From an uncultured Actinomycetes bacterium (GTDB lineage Bacteria > Actinomycetota > UBA4738 > JBBDTT01), in contig CAVUMN010000004.1 in the NCBI GenBank assembly GCA_963742735.1, positions 864,001 through 928,000 on the forward strand: a stretch of DNA of 64,000 nucleotides. The letters are read 5' to 3'. A model generated the notes under the pieces. The model saw only the letters and a program-made list of their open reading frames with translations. It had not been told where the DNA came from and searched no databases. Below, piece by piece: positions 37,057-46,820 of this stretch; position 1 is the first letter of the stretch; every line of letters begins with the position of its first letter. Position numbers and translations under genes: made by a program.

Positions 37057-38508
37057 TCAGATCCTCCGCTCGCGGCCGGCCCAGTACGGCTCGCGGAGCT
37101 CACGCTTCTGGAGCTTCCCGTTCGGATCGCGGGGAAGGGCCTCGACCAGGTCGACCGACCGGGGGCACTTGTAGTGGGCCAGGCGTTCCCGGGCGAAGGC
37201 GATCAGCTCGCCGGGGTCGAGCTCGCCCCACGGCTGCACGATCGCCTTCACCGACTCGCCCCACTCGTCGTCGGGCACGCCGATGACCGCGACGTCGGCC
37301 ACGGCGGGGTGTCCGAACAGGACGGCCTCGACCTCCGCCGGATAGACGTTCGCCCCGCCGGAGATGATCAGGTCCTGCTTGCGGTCGGTGAGGTACAGGT
37401 ACCCGTCGGCGTCCAGGAAGCCCATGTCGCCGACGGTGTACAGGCCGCCCCGCCACGTCTCCGCGGTCTTCTCCGGCGCACCGGCGTACTCGAATCGCGC
37501 GCCGCCCATGGGGGAGATGTAGACCAGGCCGACCTCTCCCGGCTCCAGCTCGCGCCCGTCCTCGCCCAGGACCTTCACCGTCAGGCCCTGCGCGGCGCGC
37601 CCGACGCTCCCCGGCTTCTCCAGCCACTCCTCCGAGGAGATCACCGTCGCCAGGCCCTCGGTCGCGCCGTAGTACTCCCAGACCGTGCCGGGAGGGAACA
37701 GTTCGAGGACCCGGCGCTTCACGTCCACGGGACAGGGCGCCGCGGCGTGCAGGACCCGGCGGATCGAGGAGAGGTCGTACCGGGCGAGGACGTCGTCGCC
37801 CAGCGCCAGGATCCGGATGAAGTTGATGGGCACCATGTGGGTCCAGGTGACGCCCTCGTCCTGGATGAGGCGCAGGCACTCCTCGGCGTCGAACCCGTCC
37901 ATGAGCACCACCCGCTGCCCGAGCAGGACCGCGTAGTGGGCGTAGGCGCACGGGGCCGTGTGGTACAGCGGCCCGCACGCCAGGTGGACGCCATCGGGAT
38001 CGTCGACGCCCCACGAGGCGGCGTAGTCCCTCGATCCCTGCGCGCGGGCGGCCGGGTCCGGGTTGACCGGGCGATCCACTCGCTTGGGCCGGCCCGTCGT
38101 GCCCGACGTGTAGTACTGGAACTCGGGGTACGGCGGGTCGGCCCACTCCGCCGAGGGGGAGGGGTCCTCCGCGGCCAGCGCGGCCTCCCAGCCCGCCCCC
38201 GCCCTCAGCACCGGTACGCCGGTGCCCGGCTCGGGGCCCTCGGGCTCGGCGACCAGAACGCCCGAGCGGGAGTCCTCGACCAGATAGGCGACCTCGCCGG
38301 CCTTGGAGCGCCACGGAACCGTCACCACGGGCGCCCGCAGGCGGCCGGCCGCCGCGGTTGCCTCGAGGAACTCCGGCCGGTTGCGCAGGGCCACCGCCAC
38401 CCGCGTCCCCGGCCCCACGCCGACGCGCGCGAGGGCGCGCGCCGCGCGGTTCGCGCGCTCCGCGAACGCCTCCGTGCCAAGCCGGCGTCCCTCCGCCACG
38501 ACCTCCAC
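37057..38508 (-). CDS. Acyl-CoA synthetase (FadD4-like)
   Basis: YTSGTTGRPKRV, PLYHTAP, YYGATE, TVGD, NGKL. Confidence 0.92.
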   Translation of the reverse strand: MEVVAEGRRLGTEAFAERANRAARALARVGVGPGTRVAVALRNRPEFLEATAAAGRLRAPVVTVPWRSKAGEVAYLVEDSRSGVLVAEPEGPEPGTGVPVLRAGAGWEAALAAEDPSPSAEWADPPYPEFQYYTSGTTGRPKRVDRPVNPDPAARAQGSRDYAASWGVDDPDGVHLACGPLYHTAPCAYAHYAVLLGQRVVLMDGFDAEECLRLIQDEGVTWTHMVPINFIRILALGDDVLARYDLSSIRRVLHAAAPCPVDVKRRVLELFPPGTVWEYYGATEGLATVISSEEWLEKPGSVGRAAQGLTVKVLGEDGRELEPGEVGLVYISPMGGARFEYAGAPEKTAETWRGGLYTVGDMGFLDADGYLYLTDRKQDLIISGGANVYPAEVEAVLFGHPAVADVAVIGVPDDEWGESVKAIVQPWGELDPGELIAFARERLAHYKCPRSVDLVEALPRDPNGKLQKRELREPYWAGRERRI

Positions 38509-38578
38509 GGGCGCATCTTGACCGCTCCAGCGGACCGCGCGTAGACTGACGTCAGCGTCAGTTCCCCGTTACCCGGAG

Positions 38579-39310
38579 GTGCATCTCGTGAGCGCCATCC
38601 CTCTTGAACGCGACTCCAGCCCCGCCCGGACCCGCACGATCGCGCCCGCGCCCAAGGACTGGGGCCGGCTGGTGGCCGAGGGCCGCGCGGCCCGCGCGCA
38701 GGCCGACGGGGGCCGGTGGCGGATCGGCCACCTCGCCGACATGGTCGAGCATCGATACCGCTCGCGGGCCGTCCAGCAGTTCGCGGAGGACATCGGCGAG
38801 TCGTACTCCACCGTCCGCCGCTATCGCTGGGTGGTCACGCGGTACGAGCCCGGCGTCCGCTTCCGGTTCCCCGGGCTCGCCTTCTCGCACTTCCAGGCCG
38901 TCGCCGGGCTGCCCGACCGAATGGCGTGGCTCGAGCGCGCCGAGCTCGGCTGCTGGAGCGTCGACCGGCTGGTCAAGGAGTCCCGGGGCCGCGAGGGGGC
39001 GGGAGCTCCGCAGGTCCCGCGGCTTCACGCCGCACTGAGCGGGGCGGTCCGCTCGCTGGCCGACGTCGAGTCGCTGGACGACAAGCAGCTCGCCCGGGCC
39101 GCCGAGGAGTGGCTCGGGGAGACCCTCGACGAGCTCGAGGAGCGCGTCGAGGCCGTCCGCACGCGGATCGCCGGCGTGTCCAAGCCGAAGACCACGTCGC
39201 TCAACCGCTACAAGGTCACCGGCCGGGCCGCCAAGAAAGGCGCCGCCGCGCAGCCCGCGGCGAACGGCAAGCCGAAGTCGACCCAGAAGCTTCCGGTCAA
39301 CCCCTTCTAG
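38579..39310 (+). CDS. LmbU-like putative DNA-binding regulator
   Basis: WRIG...Y...IGESYSTVRRYRWV...LAFSHFQAVAGLPDR.AWLERAE..WSV resembles the LmbU-family core; Lys-rich tail. Confidence 0.6.
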   Translation: MHLVSAIPLERDSSPARTRTIAPAPKDWGRLVAEGRAARAQADGGRWRIGHLADMVEHRYRSRAVQQFAEDIGESYSTVRRYRWVVTRYEPGVRFRFPGLAFSHFQAVAGLPDRMAWLERAELGCWSVDRLVKESRGREGAGAPQVPRLHAALSGAVRSLADVESLDDKQLARAAEEWLGETLDELEERVEAVRTRIAGVSKPKTTSLNRYKVTGRAAKKGAAAQPAANGKPKSTQKLPVNPF

Positions 39311-40761
39311 CCGGCCTCGCCGTCCAGCAGCTCCACGAACCGCTCCGCGAGCATCATCGTGGTCAGGTTCGTGTTCGCCCGCGGACCGTCCGGCATCACG
39401 CTCGCGTCGCACACACGCAGCCCCGCCACGCCGTGCACGCGCAGGTGGGGGTCGAGCACCGGCCCGATCGCGCACGTCCCCACCGGGTGATGGTCGGTGA
39501 GGGCCACCGCGCGCAGCAGCTCGCGGAGCTCGGCCTCGGGTGTCGAGGGGTCGGGGAACGCCACCTGGCCGATGACCGCCTTGAGCGCCGGCTGCCCGTA
39601 GAGCTCGAAGATCAGGCGGACGCCCTGGACGAGGGTGTCGAGGTCCGACGGCTCGTCGAAGTAGTTGAGGGCGATCCGCGGCGCGGCGTCGGGGTCGGCC
39701 GACGCGAGCCGCACCGTGCCGCGCGACCGGGGCTTCGCCCCGAACCCCGCGATGACGAACCCGCCGGGCGGCATCGGCGTGCGCACGGCGTACTCGGTGA
39801 ACGGCCCGAACAGGTGCAGCGCTTCCTCGCCGTCCGGGCCCTCGGTCCGGAGCATGAACCGCAGCAGCAGGTTCGAGTCGATGTCGGCCGGGTCGCGCGC
39901 CACCGCCAGCACGCCGAGCGACGGGTGATCGATCAGGTTGTCCCCGACCGGGAGGTCGGCGAGCGCGTTCACCCCGTGCTCGGTGAGATGCGCCGGCGGG
40001 CCGATCCCGCTGCGCATCAGGATCGCCGGCGAGGCGTACGCGCCGGCGGACAGGATCACCACGTCCGCGGAGAGCTCCTCGCCGCCGGCGATCACCCCCG
40101 TCGCGCGGCCCTCGCGGATCACGACCCGGTCGACGACCGTGTCCGGCCGGAGCTCCAGCGTGTCCCGGCGGCGCGCCTCGCGCAGGTAGGTGACGAGGGT
40201 CGACTGGCGCGCCCCGTCGCGGACGTTCGCCGGCTGCGGGCCGGCCCCGGTCGCACCCGGCGCGTTCTGGTCGGGCTGGTCGGCGTACCCGGCCTCCAGG
40301 CAAGCCTCGAACGCCGCTCGCGTGGCGGGGGCCGCGGCGAGCAGGTTCGGGCGCTCGATCCGGATGGGCCCGCCGCGACCGTGGTACTCGCGGTCCCCGA
40401 ACTCGGCGTCGTCCTCCAGCCGGGACAGCGAGGGCAGGCACGCCTCCCACGACCACTCGGGGATGCCCCACGCGTCCAGGTCGGCGGGCTGTGGCCGCAC
40501 CGCGGCCACCGCGTTCACCGCGCTCGACCCACCGACCACCCGGCCGCGGGGGAGTGGGATTCCCCGATCCTGCGCGAAGTACCCCCAGTCGTACTCGTGG
40601 ACGGGGATCCGCAGGTCGGTCGTCAGCAGCTCGGGCGGCGCGTCGGCGTAGTCCGGGCCGGCCTCCAGGAGCAACACGCGGCGGCCCCGCTCGGTCAGGC
40701 GTGCGGCGACGATCCCGCCGGCCGAGCCGGCGCCGACGACGATCGTGTCCCAGCCGGGCAC
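39307..40761 (-). CDS. GMC family oxidoreductase
   Basis: VVGAGSAG, GRVVGGSSAVN, HPVGTC, DASVMP...NTN. Confidence 0.92.
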   Translation of the reverse strand: MPGWDTIVVGAGSAGGIVAARLTERGRRVLLLEAGPDYADAPPELLTTDLRIPVHEYDWGYFAQDRGIPLPRGRVVGGSSAVNAVAAVRPQPADLDAWGIPEWSWEACLPSLSRLEDDAEFGDREYHGRGGPIRIERPNLLAAAPATRAAFEACLEAGYADQPDQNAPGATGAGPQPANVRDGARQSTLVTYLREARRRDTLELRPDTVVDRVVIREGRATGVIAGGEELSADVVILSAGAYASPAILMRSGIGPPAHLTEHGVNALADLPVGDNLIDHPSLGVLAVARDPADIDSNLLLRFMLRTEGPDGEEALHLFGPFTEYAVRTPMPPGGFVIAGFGAKPRSRGTVRLASADPDAAPRIALNYFDEPSDLDTLVQGVRLIFELYGQPALKAVIGQVAFPDPSTPEAELRELLRAVALTDHHPVGTCAIGPVLDPHLRVHGVAGLRVCDASVMPDGPRANTNLTTMMLAERFVELLDGEAG

Positions 40762-40774
40762 TTCGAACCCTGCG

Positions 40775-42412
40775 CTAGAGCATCGCCATCATGCCGCCGA
40801 CCATCTCCGTGACCTGGCTCACCACGCCCGGCTGGACGATGACGTTCACGACGGCGGGCTTGTTCGAGTCGATCGCCCGGCGGATGGCCGGGCCGACCTC
40901 GGCGGCGTCCTCGACCCGCTCGGCGTGGCCCCCGAAGGCCTCGGCGATCTTCTCGTAGGACGCCACCGCCAGCTTGGTGGCGTCGTTCTGCGAGAACTGC
41001 TTCCCCTGCTCGTGGCGGATGTTGCCCCATGCCCCGTTGTTCGCGATGACCGCGACGAACGGAAGGTTGTGGCGGGCCGCGGTGTCCAGCTCCATGGCCC
41101 CGAAGCCGAACGAGCCGTCGCCGATGCACATGACCACCGGCCGGTCCGGCGCCCCCGCCTTGGCGCCGACGGCGTACGGCACGCCGACGCCGATGGTGCC
41201 GAGCGCGTCGTGGGTGGTCAGGAGCGAGCCCGGACGGTTCGCCGGGAACACCGTCACCGCCCACGTGTGGATGTCGCCGCCGTCGCTGACCAGGATGGCC
41301 TCCGGGCCGGCCTCCTCGAGGATCGCGCCGGGAACGACTCCGGGTGGGACGGGCGACCCCTCGCCCTTGAGCGTGTCCCGCCACTGCATGCTCATCATCT
41401 GGCTGCCCTGCTTGGCCGCGGCCAGCCACTCGTCCTTGGGCTTGCCGTCCCAGGCCGCCGTGAGCTGTTCCAGGACGACCCGCACGTCGCCGAGCAGCCC
41501 CAGGTCGGGGGTGCGGTTGAGCCCCACCGAGCTCGGCTCGATGTCGACCTGGATCAGCTTCTCCTGGCCGGTGAACAGCGGGGGCCCGCCGAACGTGACG
41601 CTCACGTCGAGCTTCGTGCCCAGCAGCAGCACGGCGTCGGACTGGAGCAGCGCGATGCCGCCCTGGGAGAGGGGCCCCAGGCACGCGTCGTGGGTGTCGG
41701 GCAGGAGCCCCCGGGCCGCGTTCACCGAGGTGACCGGGATCTGCGTCCGCTCCACGAACTCGCGCAGCGCGCCGGCCGCGCCCGACCAGAAGGCGCCGCT
41801 GCCGGCGACGATCACGGGGTGCTCGGCCTCGGCCAGCATCTGTGCGGCCCGGGCGAGGCCCTCGGGCGCGGCGCCGGGCGGCTCGGGCAGGACCACGGGC
41901 TCGGCCTCGGCGTCGGTCTCGGCGAGCTGGACGTTGTGGGGGAGCTCGAGCATGACGGCGCCGGGCCGTCCCCCGACCATCCGTCGCCACCCGGCGGCCA
42001 GGTAGCTGGGGATGCGGTCCGCGTCGAAGATCGTCTCGTTCCACTTGGTGGACGCGTTCGCCAGCGCCCGCCCGTCGATGTCCTGGAACGTGCCGGACAT
42101 GCGCATGGGCGTGGACGTCCGTCCGGCCAGGAGCATCACCGGGCTTCCGCACGTGTTCGCCACGGCCAGGCCGGTGATCGCGTTGGTCACCCCCGGGCCC
42201 GCGGTGACGGCGGCGACGCCGGGCTTGCCGGTCACCCGCGCGTAGGCCTCGGCCTCGAGGACCGCGCTCTGCTCGTGGCGAGCGCCGATCACCTCGATGC
42301 CCTCGTCGGCGCAGCCGTCGAGGAACGGCAGGATGTGTTCCCCGCACAGCGCGAACACATGCGAGACGCCCTGAGCCTTCAGCCACCGCGCCGCGAGCGC
42401 GCCTCCACGCAT
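40775..42412 (-). CDS. ThDP-dependent enzyme (2-hydroxyacyl-CoA lyase/IlvG-like)
   Basis: FALCGEH, RHEQ, TAGPG, GDGSFGF...NNGAWG. Confidence 0.88.
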   Translation of the reverse strand: MRGGALAARWLKAQGVSHVFALCGEHILPFLDGCADEGIEVIGARHEQSAVLEAEAYARVTGKPGVAAVTAGPGVTNAITGLAVANTCGSPVMLLAGRTSTPMRMSGTFQDIDGRALANASTKWNETIFDADRIPSYLAAGWRRMVGGRPGAVMLELPHNVQLAETDAEAEPVVLPEPPGAAPEGLARAAQMLAEAEHPVIVAGSGAFWSGAAGALREFVERTQIPVTSVNAARGLLPDTHDACLGPLSQGGIALLQSDAVLLLGTKLDVSVTFGGPPLFTGQEKLIQVDIEPSSVGLNRTPDLGLLGDVRVVLEQLTAAWDGKPKDEWLAAAKQGSQMMSMQWRDTLKGEGSPVPPGVVPGAILEEAGPEAILVSDGGDIHTWAVTVFPANRPGSLLTTHDALGTIGVGVPYAVGAKAGAPDRPVVMCIGDGSFGFGAMELDTAARHNLPFVAVIANNGAWGNIRHEQGKQFSQNDATKLAVASYEKIAEAFGGHAERVEDAAEVGPAIRRAIDSNKPAVVNVIVQPGVVSQVTEMVGGMMAML

Positions 42413-42451
42413 GGTCAGCCTCCCTGAGAAGTGGTCGTGGAAGTCATTCGA

Positions 42452-44083
42452 TCACGAACCCTCCGGCGCGAACATCGCGGAGATGAACCGCATGGCCGGA
42501 TGCACCGGCGCCGGGTCGATCGTGACGTCGAGCACGGCCGTCCGCCGCATGCCGAGCACGCGCGCCAACCCGTCCTCGAGCGCCCGGAGGGTCGCCGCCT
42601 GCTCCGCCCACGCCCCCAGGGCCAGGGCGAGGACCTTGTACTGAGCCCCGGGCAGCTCGGCGGCCACCGAACGGCCGAAGCCCATCTCGGCCTGGCGCTT
42701 CACGATGCCCCACGCATGGTCGTTGCCGATGACCACCTTGACCTGCACCCCGTGGCGAACGGCCGTGTCGAGCTCCATCGCCTGCAGCCCGAACGCGCCG
42801 TCACCCACCAAGGCGATCGAGGGCTCGTCCGGCCGGGCGAGCTTCGCGGCGATCGCGAACGGGATTCCGTTGCCCAGGGTCGCGAGCGGGGTGGCGAACG
42901 AGCTCAGCAGGCGCCCGGCCCCGTGGGCGGGGAGGCCGCCGATCGCCCACAGCGCGAGCTCGCCGGCGTCGACGGAGAACGTCGCCGGTCCCGGGATCGC
43001 CGCCAGGGCCTCCACGAGCTTCGACGGGTGGGCCGGCCGTTCCGGGTCCGACGGCAGGTCCGAGGCCGGCTCCATCACGTCGTGGAGCTCTTTCAGCCAG
43101 GCGTCCGTCGGCAGCGCATCGAGATCGTGCTCGAGGACGACCAGCGCTTGGTGTTCGTCGCCCACCACCGCGACATCCGGGTCCCGGGGGCGGCGGACGC
43201 GATCGGCGTCGGCTTCGATCCGGATCAACCTTGCTTGCGCGAAGGGATGCCCGAATCCGAGGACGATGTCGATCTCGGTGCCGATTGCCAGGATGAGATC
43301 GGCGCGGGCGAAGGCCAGCTGACCCAGCGCGCCGAGGAAGCTGGGCTGCCCCAGCGCCAGCTCGTGGTCGTCCGGAAGGACCCCCCGCCCGGCACGAAGT
43401 GTGAACACGGGAATCCTGGCCTTTTCCGCCAGCCTCGTGAGAACCGGCCCCGCGCCGGACCAGAACGCTCCCTCTCCAGCCAGGATCAGCGGCCTCTCCG
43501 CCGTTCGCAGCAACTCGGCCGCGTCCTTCACCGTCTTGGGGTACTTGAGGACGGGGTTGTAGACCGCCCCGATCACGTCGGGCACGCGCGCCTCGGCCAG
43601 CTGAACGTCCAGCGGGAGCTCCAGCAGGACCGGACCTCGTTCCGAGCGGGCGTGACCGAACGCGTCGGCAATCGCGCCGGGGATGGCGCCGGCCGAGCGG
43701 ACCGTGTCGGACCATCGCGTGAACGGGGCCAGGGCCGCGTGATGGTCGACGTCCTGGGGGTGGCCGGCGCCACGCTCCGACTGACGGATCGCCCCGGTGA
43801 GCACCACCATCGGGATCCCGGCCATCGACGCATCCGCCACCGGCGTCTGTACGTTCGTCAGCCCCGGTCCGCCGGTCACCAGGACGACGCCCGGACTGCC
43901 GGTCGCCAGCGCCCATCCCTCGGCCATGAACCCCGCTCCGGCCTCGTGCCGGGCGTCGATCACCCGCAGGCCCTCCTCGGCGCAGCCGTCGAGGGTCGCG
44001 GTGATGTGGTCGCCGCAGAGGGTGAACACCGGGCCCGACCGGTTCGCGGCCAGGGCGGCGGCGACGAGCCGGCCGCCCCTCAC
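42452..44083 (-). CDS. Second ThDP-dependent enzyme (HACL/IlvG-like paralog)
   Basis: FTLCGDH, RHEA, TGGPG, GDGAFG...GNDHAWG. Confidence 0.88.
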   Translation of the reverse strand: MRGGRLVAAALAANRSGPVFTLCGDHITATLDGCAEEGLRVIDARHEAGAGFMAEGWALATGSPGVVLVTGGPGLTNVQTPVADASMAGIPMVVLTGAIRQSERGAGHPQDVDHHAALAPFTRWSDTVRSAGAIPGAIADAFGHARSERGPVLLELPLDVQLAEARVPDVIGAVYNPVLKYPKTVKDAAELLRTAERPLILAGEGAFWSGAGPVLTRLAEKARIPVFTLRAGRGVLPDDHELALGQPSFLGALGQLAFARADLILAIGTEIDIVLGFGHPFAQARLIRIEADADRVRRPRDPDVAVVGDEHQALVVLEHDLDALPTDAWLKELHDVMEPASDLPSDPERPAHPSKLVEALAAIPGPATFSVDAGELALWAIGGLPAHGAGRLLSSFATPLATLGNGIPFAIAAKLARPDEPSIALVGDGAFGLQAMELDTAVRHGVQVKVVIGNDHAWGIVKRQAEMGFGRSVAAELPGAQYKVLALALGAWAEQAATLRALEDGLARVLGMRRTAVLDVTIDPAPVHPAMRFISAMFAPEGS

Positions 44084-45072
44084 GCCTCGAGATCCTCGAC
44101 GACGTCGAGCGGGTCCTCGCCGCGCGCCGCGCGGCGGACGTTCTCGATGGCCGCGCTCAGGATGCGCATCACCGACTCGTTGGTGACCCCGGCCATGTGC
44201 GGCGACAGGACCAGGTTGTCCAGCCCCGTCAGCGGAGAGTCCTCCGGCGGGGGCTCCGTCTCGAACACGTCCAGCGCCGCGGCGCGTATGCGCCTCGCCC
44301 GCAGGGCCTTCGCCAGCGCCTCGACGTCCACCAGCGCGCCGCGGGCGGTGTTCACCAGCACCGCGGTCGGCTTCATCAACGCCAGGGTGCGCTCGCCGAT
44401 GATGCCCCGCGTCGACTTCGTGAGAGGCGCGTGCAGCGACACCACGTCGCTCGCCTTCAGCAGGTCGTCGAGCTCCCGGAACTCCAGGCCGAGCTCGCGC
44501 TCCTGGTCGGCGTCGGGGCGCACGACGTCGGTATAGAGGACGCGCATGTCGAACGCCCGCGCTCGCTTGGCGACCTCGCGGCCGATCCGTCCCAGGCCGA
44601 CCAGGCCCATCGTCTTTCCGGCCAGCTCGACCACGTCACCGCCCTCGAAGAGCATCCGCTGCACGCCCCACCCACCCTCGCGCATCATGCGGTCGCCGGC
44701 GAGCACCCGGCGGCTGGCCGCCCCGGCCAACAGGATCGCCATCTCCGCCACGGTGTGTGCCTCCGCGCCCGAGGACGCCACGGAGCACACCGGCACGCCC
44801 GCAGCGTTGGCGTCCGAGACGCTCACGTGGTCGTAGCCGTGTCCGGGGACCTGCACCATCCGCAGCTTCGGCATCCGCGAGAGGAGCGCGGCGTCCACGC
44901 GCTGGGGGGCCGCGGGCATCAGGTACTCGGCCTCCGCCGCCACGTCGTCGGGGACGTCGGCGCCGTCGCGGTACGCGTGCACATGCCATCCGTCGCCGAG
45001 CATCCCCTCGTACCCGGGGCCGGCAAGCTCCGGCGGCGCGGGGGGCGGAACCAACGCGACCAGCAGCGGCAT
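44080..45072 (-). CDS. D-isomer-specific 2-hydroxyacid dehydrogenase
   Basis: GLGRIG, NTARG, DVFETEP, SPHMAG; start MPLLVALV. Confidence 0.9.
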   Translation of the reverse strand: MPLLVALVPPPAPPELAGPGYEGMLGDGWHVHAYRDGADVPDDVAAEAEYLMPAAPQRVDAALLSRMPKLRMVQVPGHGYDHVSVSDANAAGVPVCSVASSGAEAHTVAEMAILLAGAASRRVLAGDRMMREGGWGVQRMLFEGGDVVELAGKTMGLVGLGRIGREVAKRARAFDMRVLYTDVVRPDADQERELGLEFRELDDLLKASDVVSLHAPLTKSTRGIIGERTLALMKPTAVLVNTARGALVDVEALAKALRARRIRAAALDVFETEPPPEDSPLTGLDNLVLSPHMAGVTNESVMRILSAAIENVRRAARGEDPLDVVEDLEA

Positions 45073-45184
45073 TCCGAGGCCCTTTCGTAGAGTCGGGCAA
45101 TAGGGTCGATCCAGACACCGCGCGCTCGCCGGCGTCCGCGACGCCGATATCCTCACCGACCCGCCGCCGTCATACCATCCCGGC

Positions 45185-46819
<1,635 letters not shown>

Positions 46820-46820
46820 C

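Noticed and set aside
39307-40761. Mycofactocin MftG or cholesterol oxidase assignment
   Set aside because: No mft genes and no signal peptide; only a family-level GMC call is supportable.
40775-44083. Acetolactate synthase (ilvB) for BCAA biosynthesis
   Set aside because: No ilvN or ilvC; the N-terminal LCGxH and GDGxFG...MELDT motifs and the catabolic context fit the HACL/IlvG-like group better.
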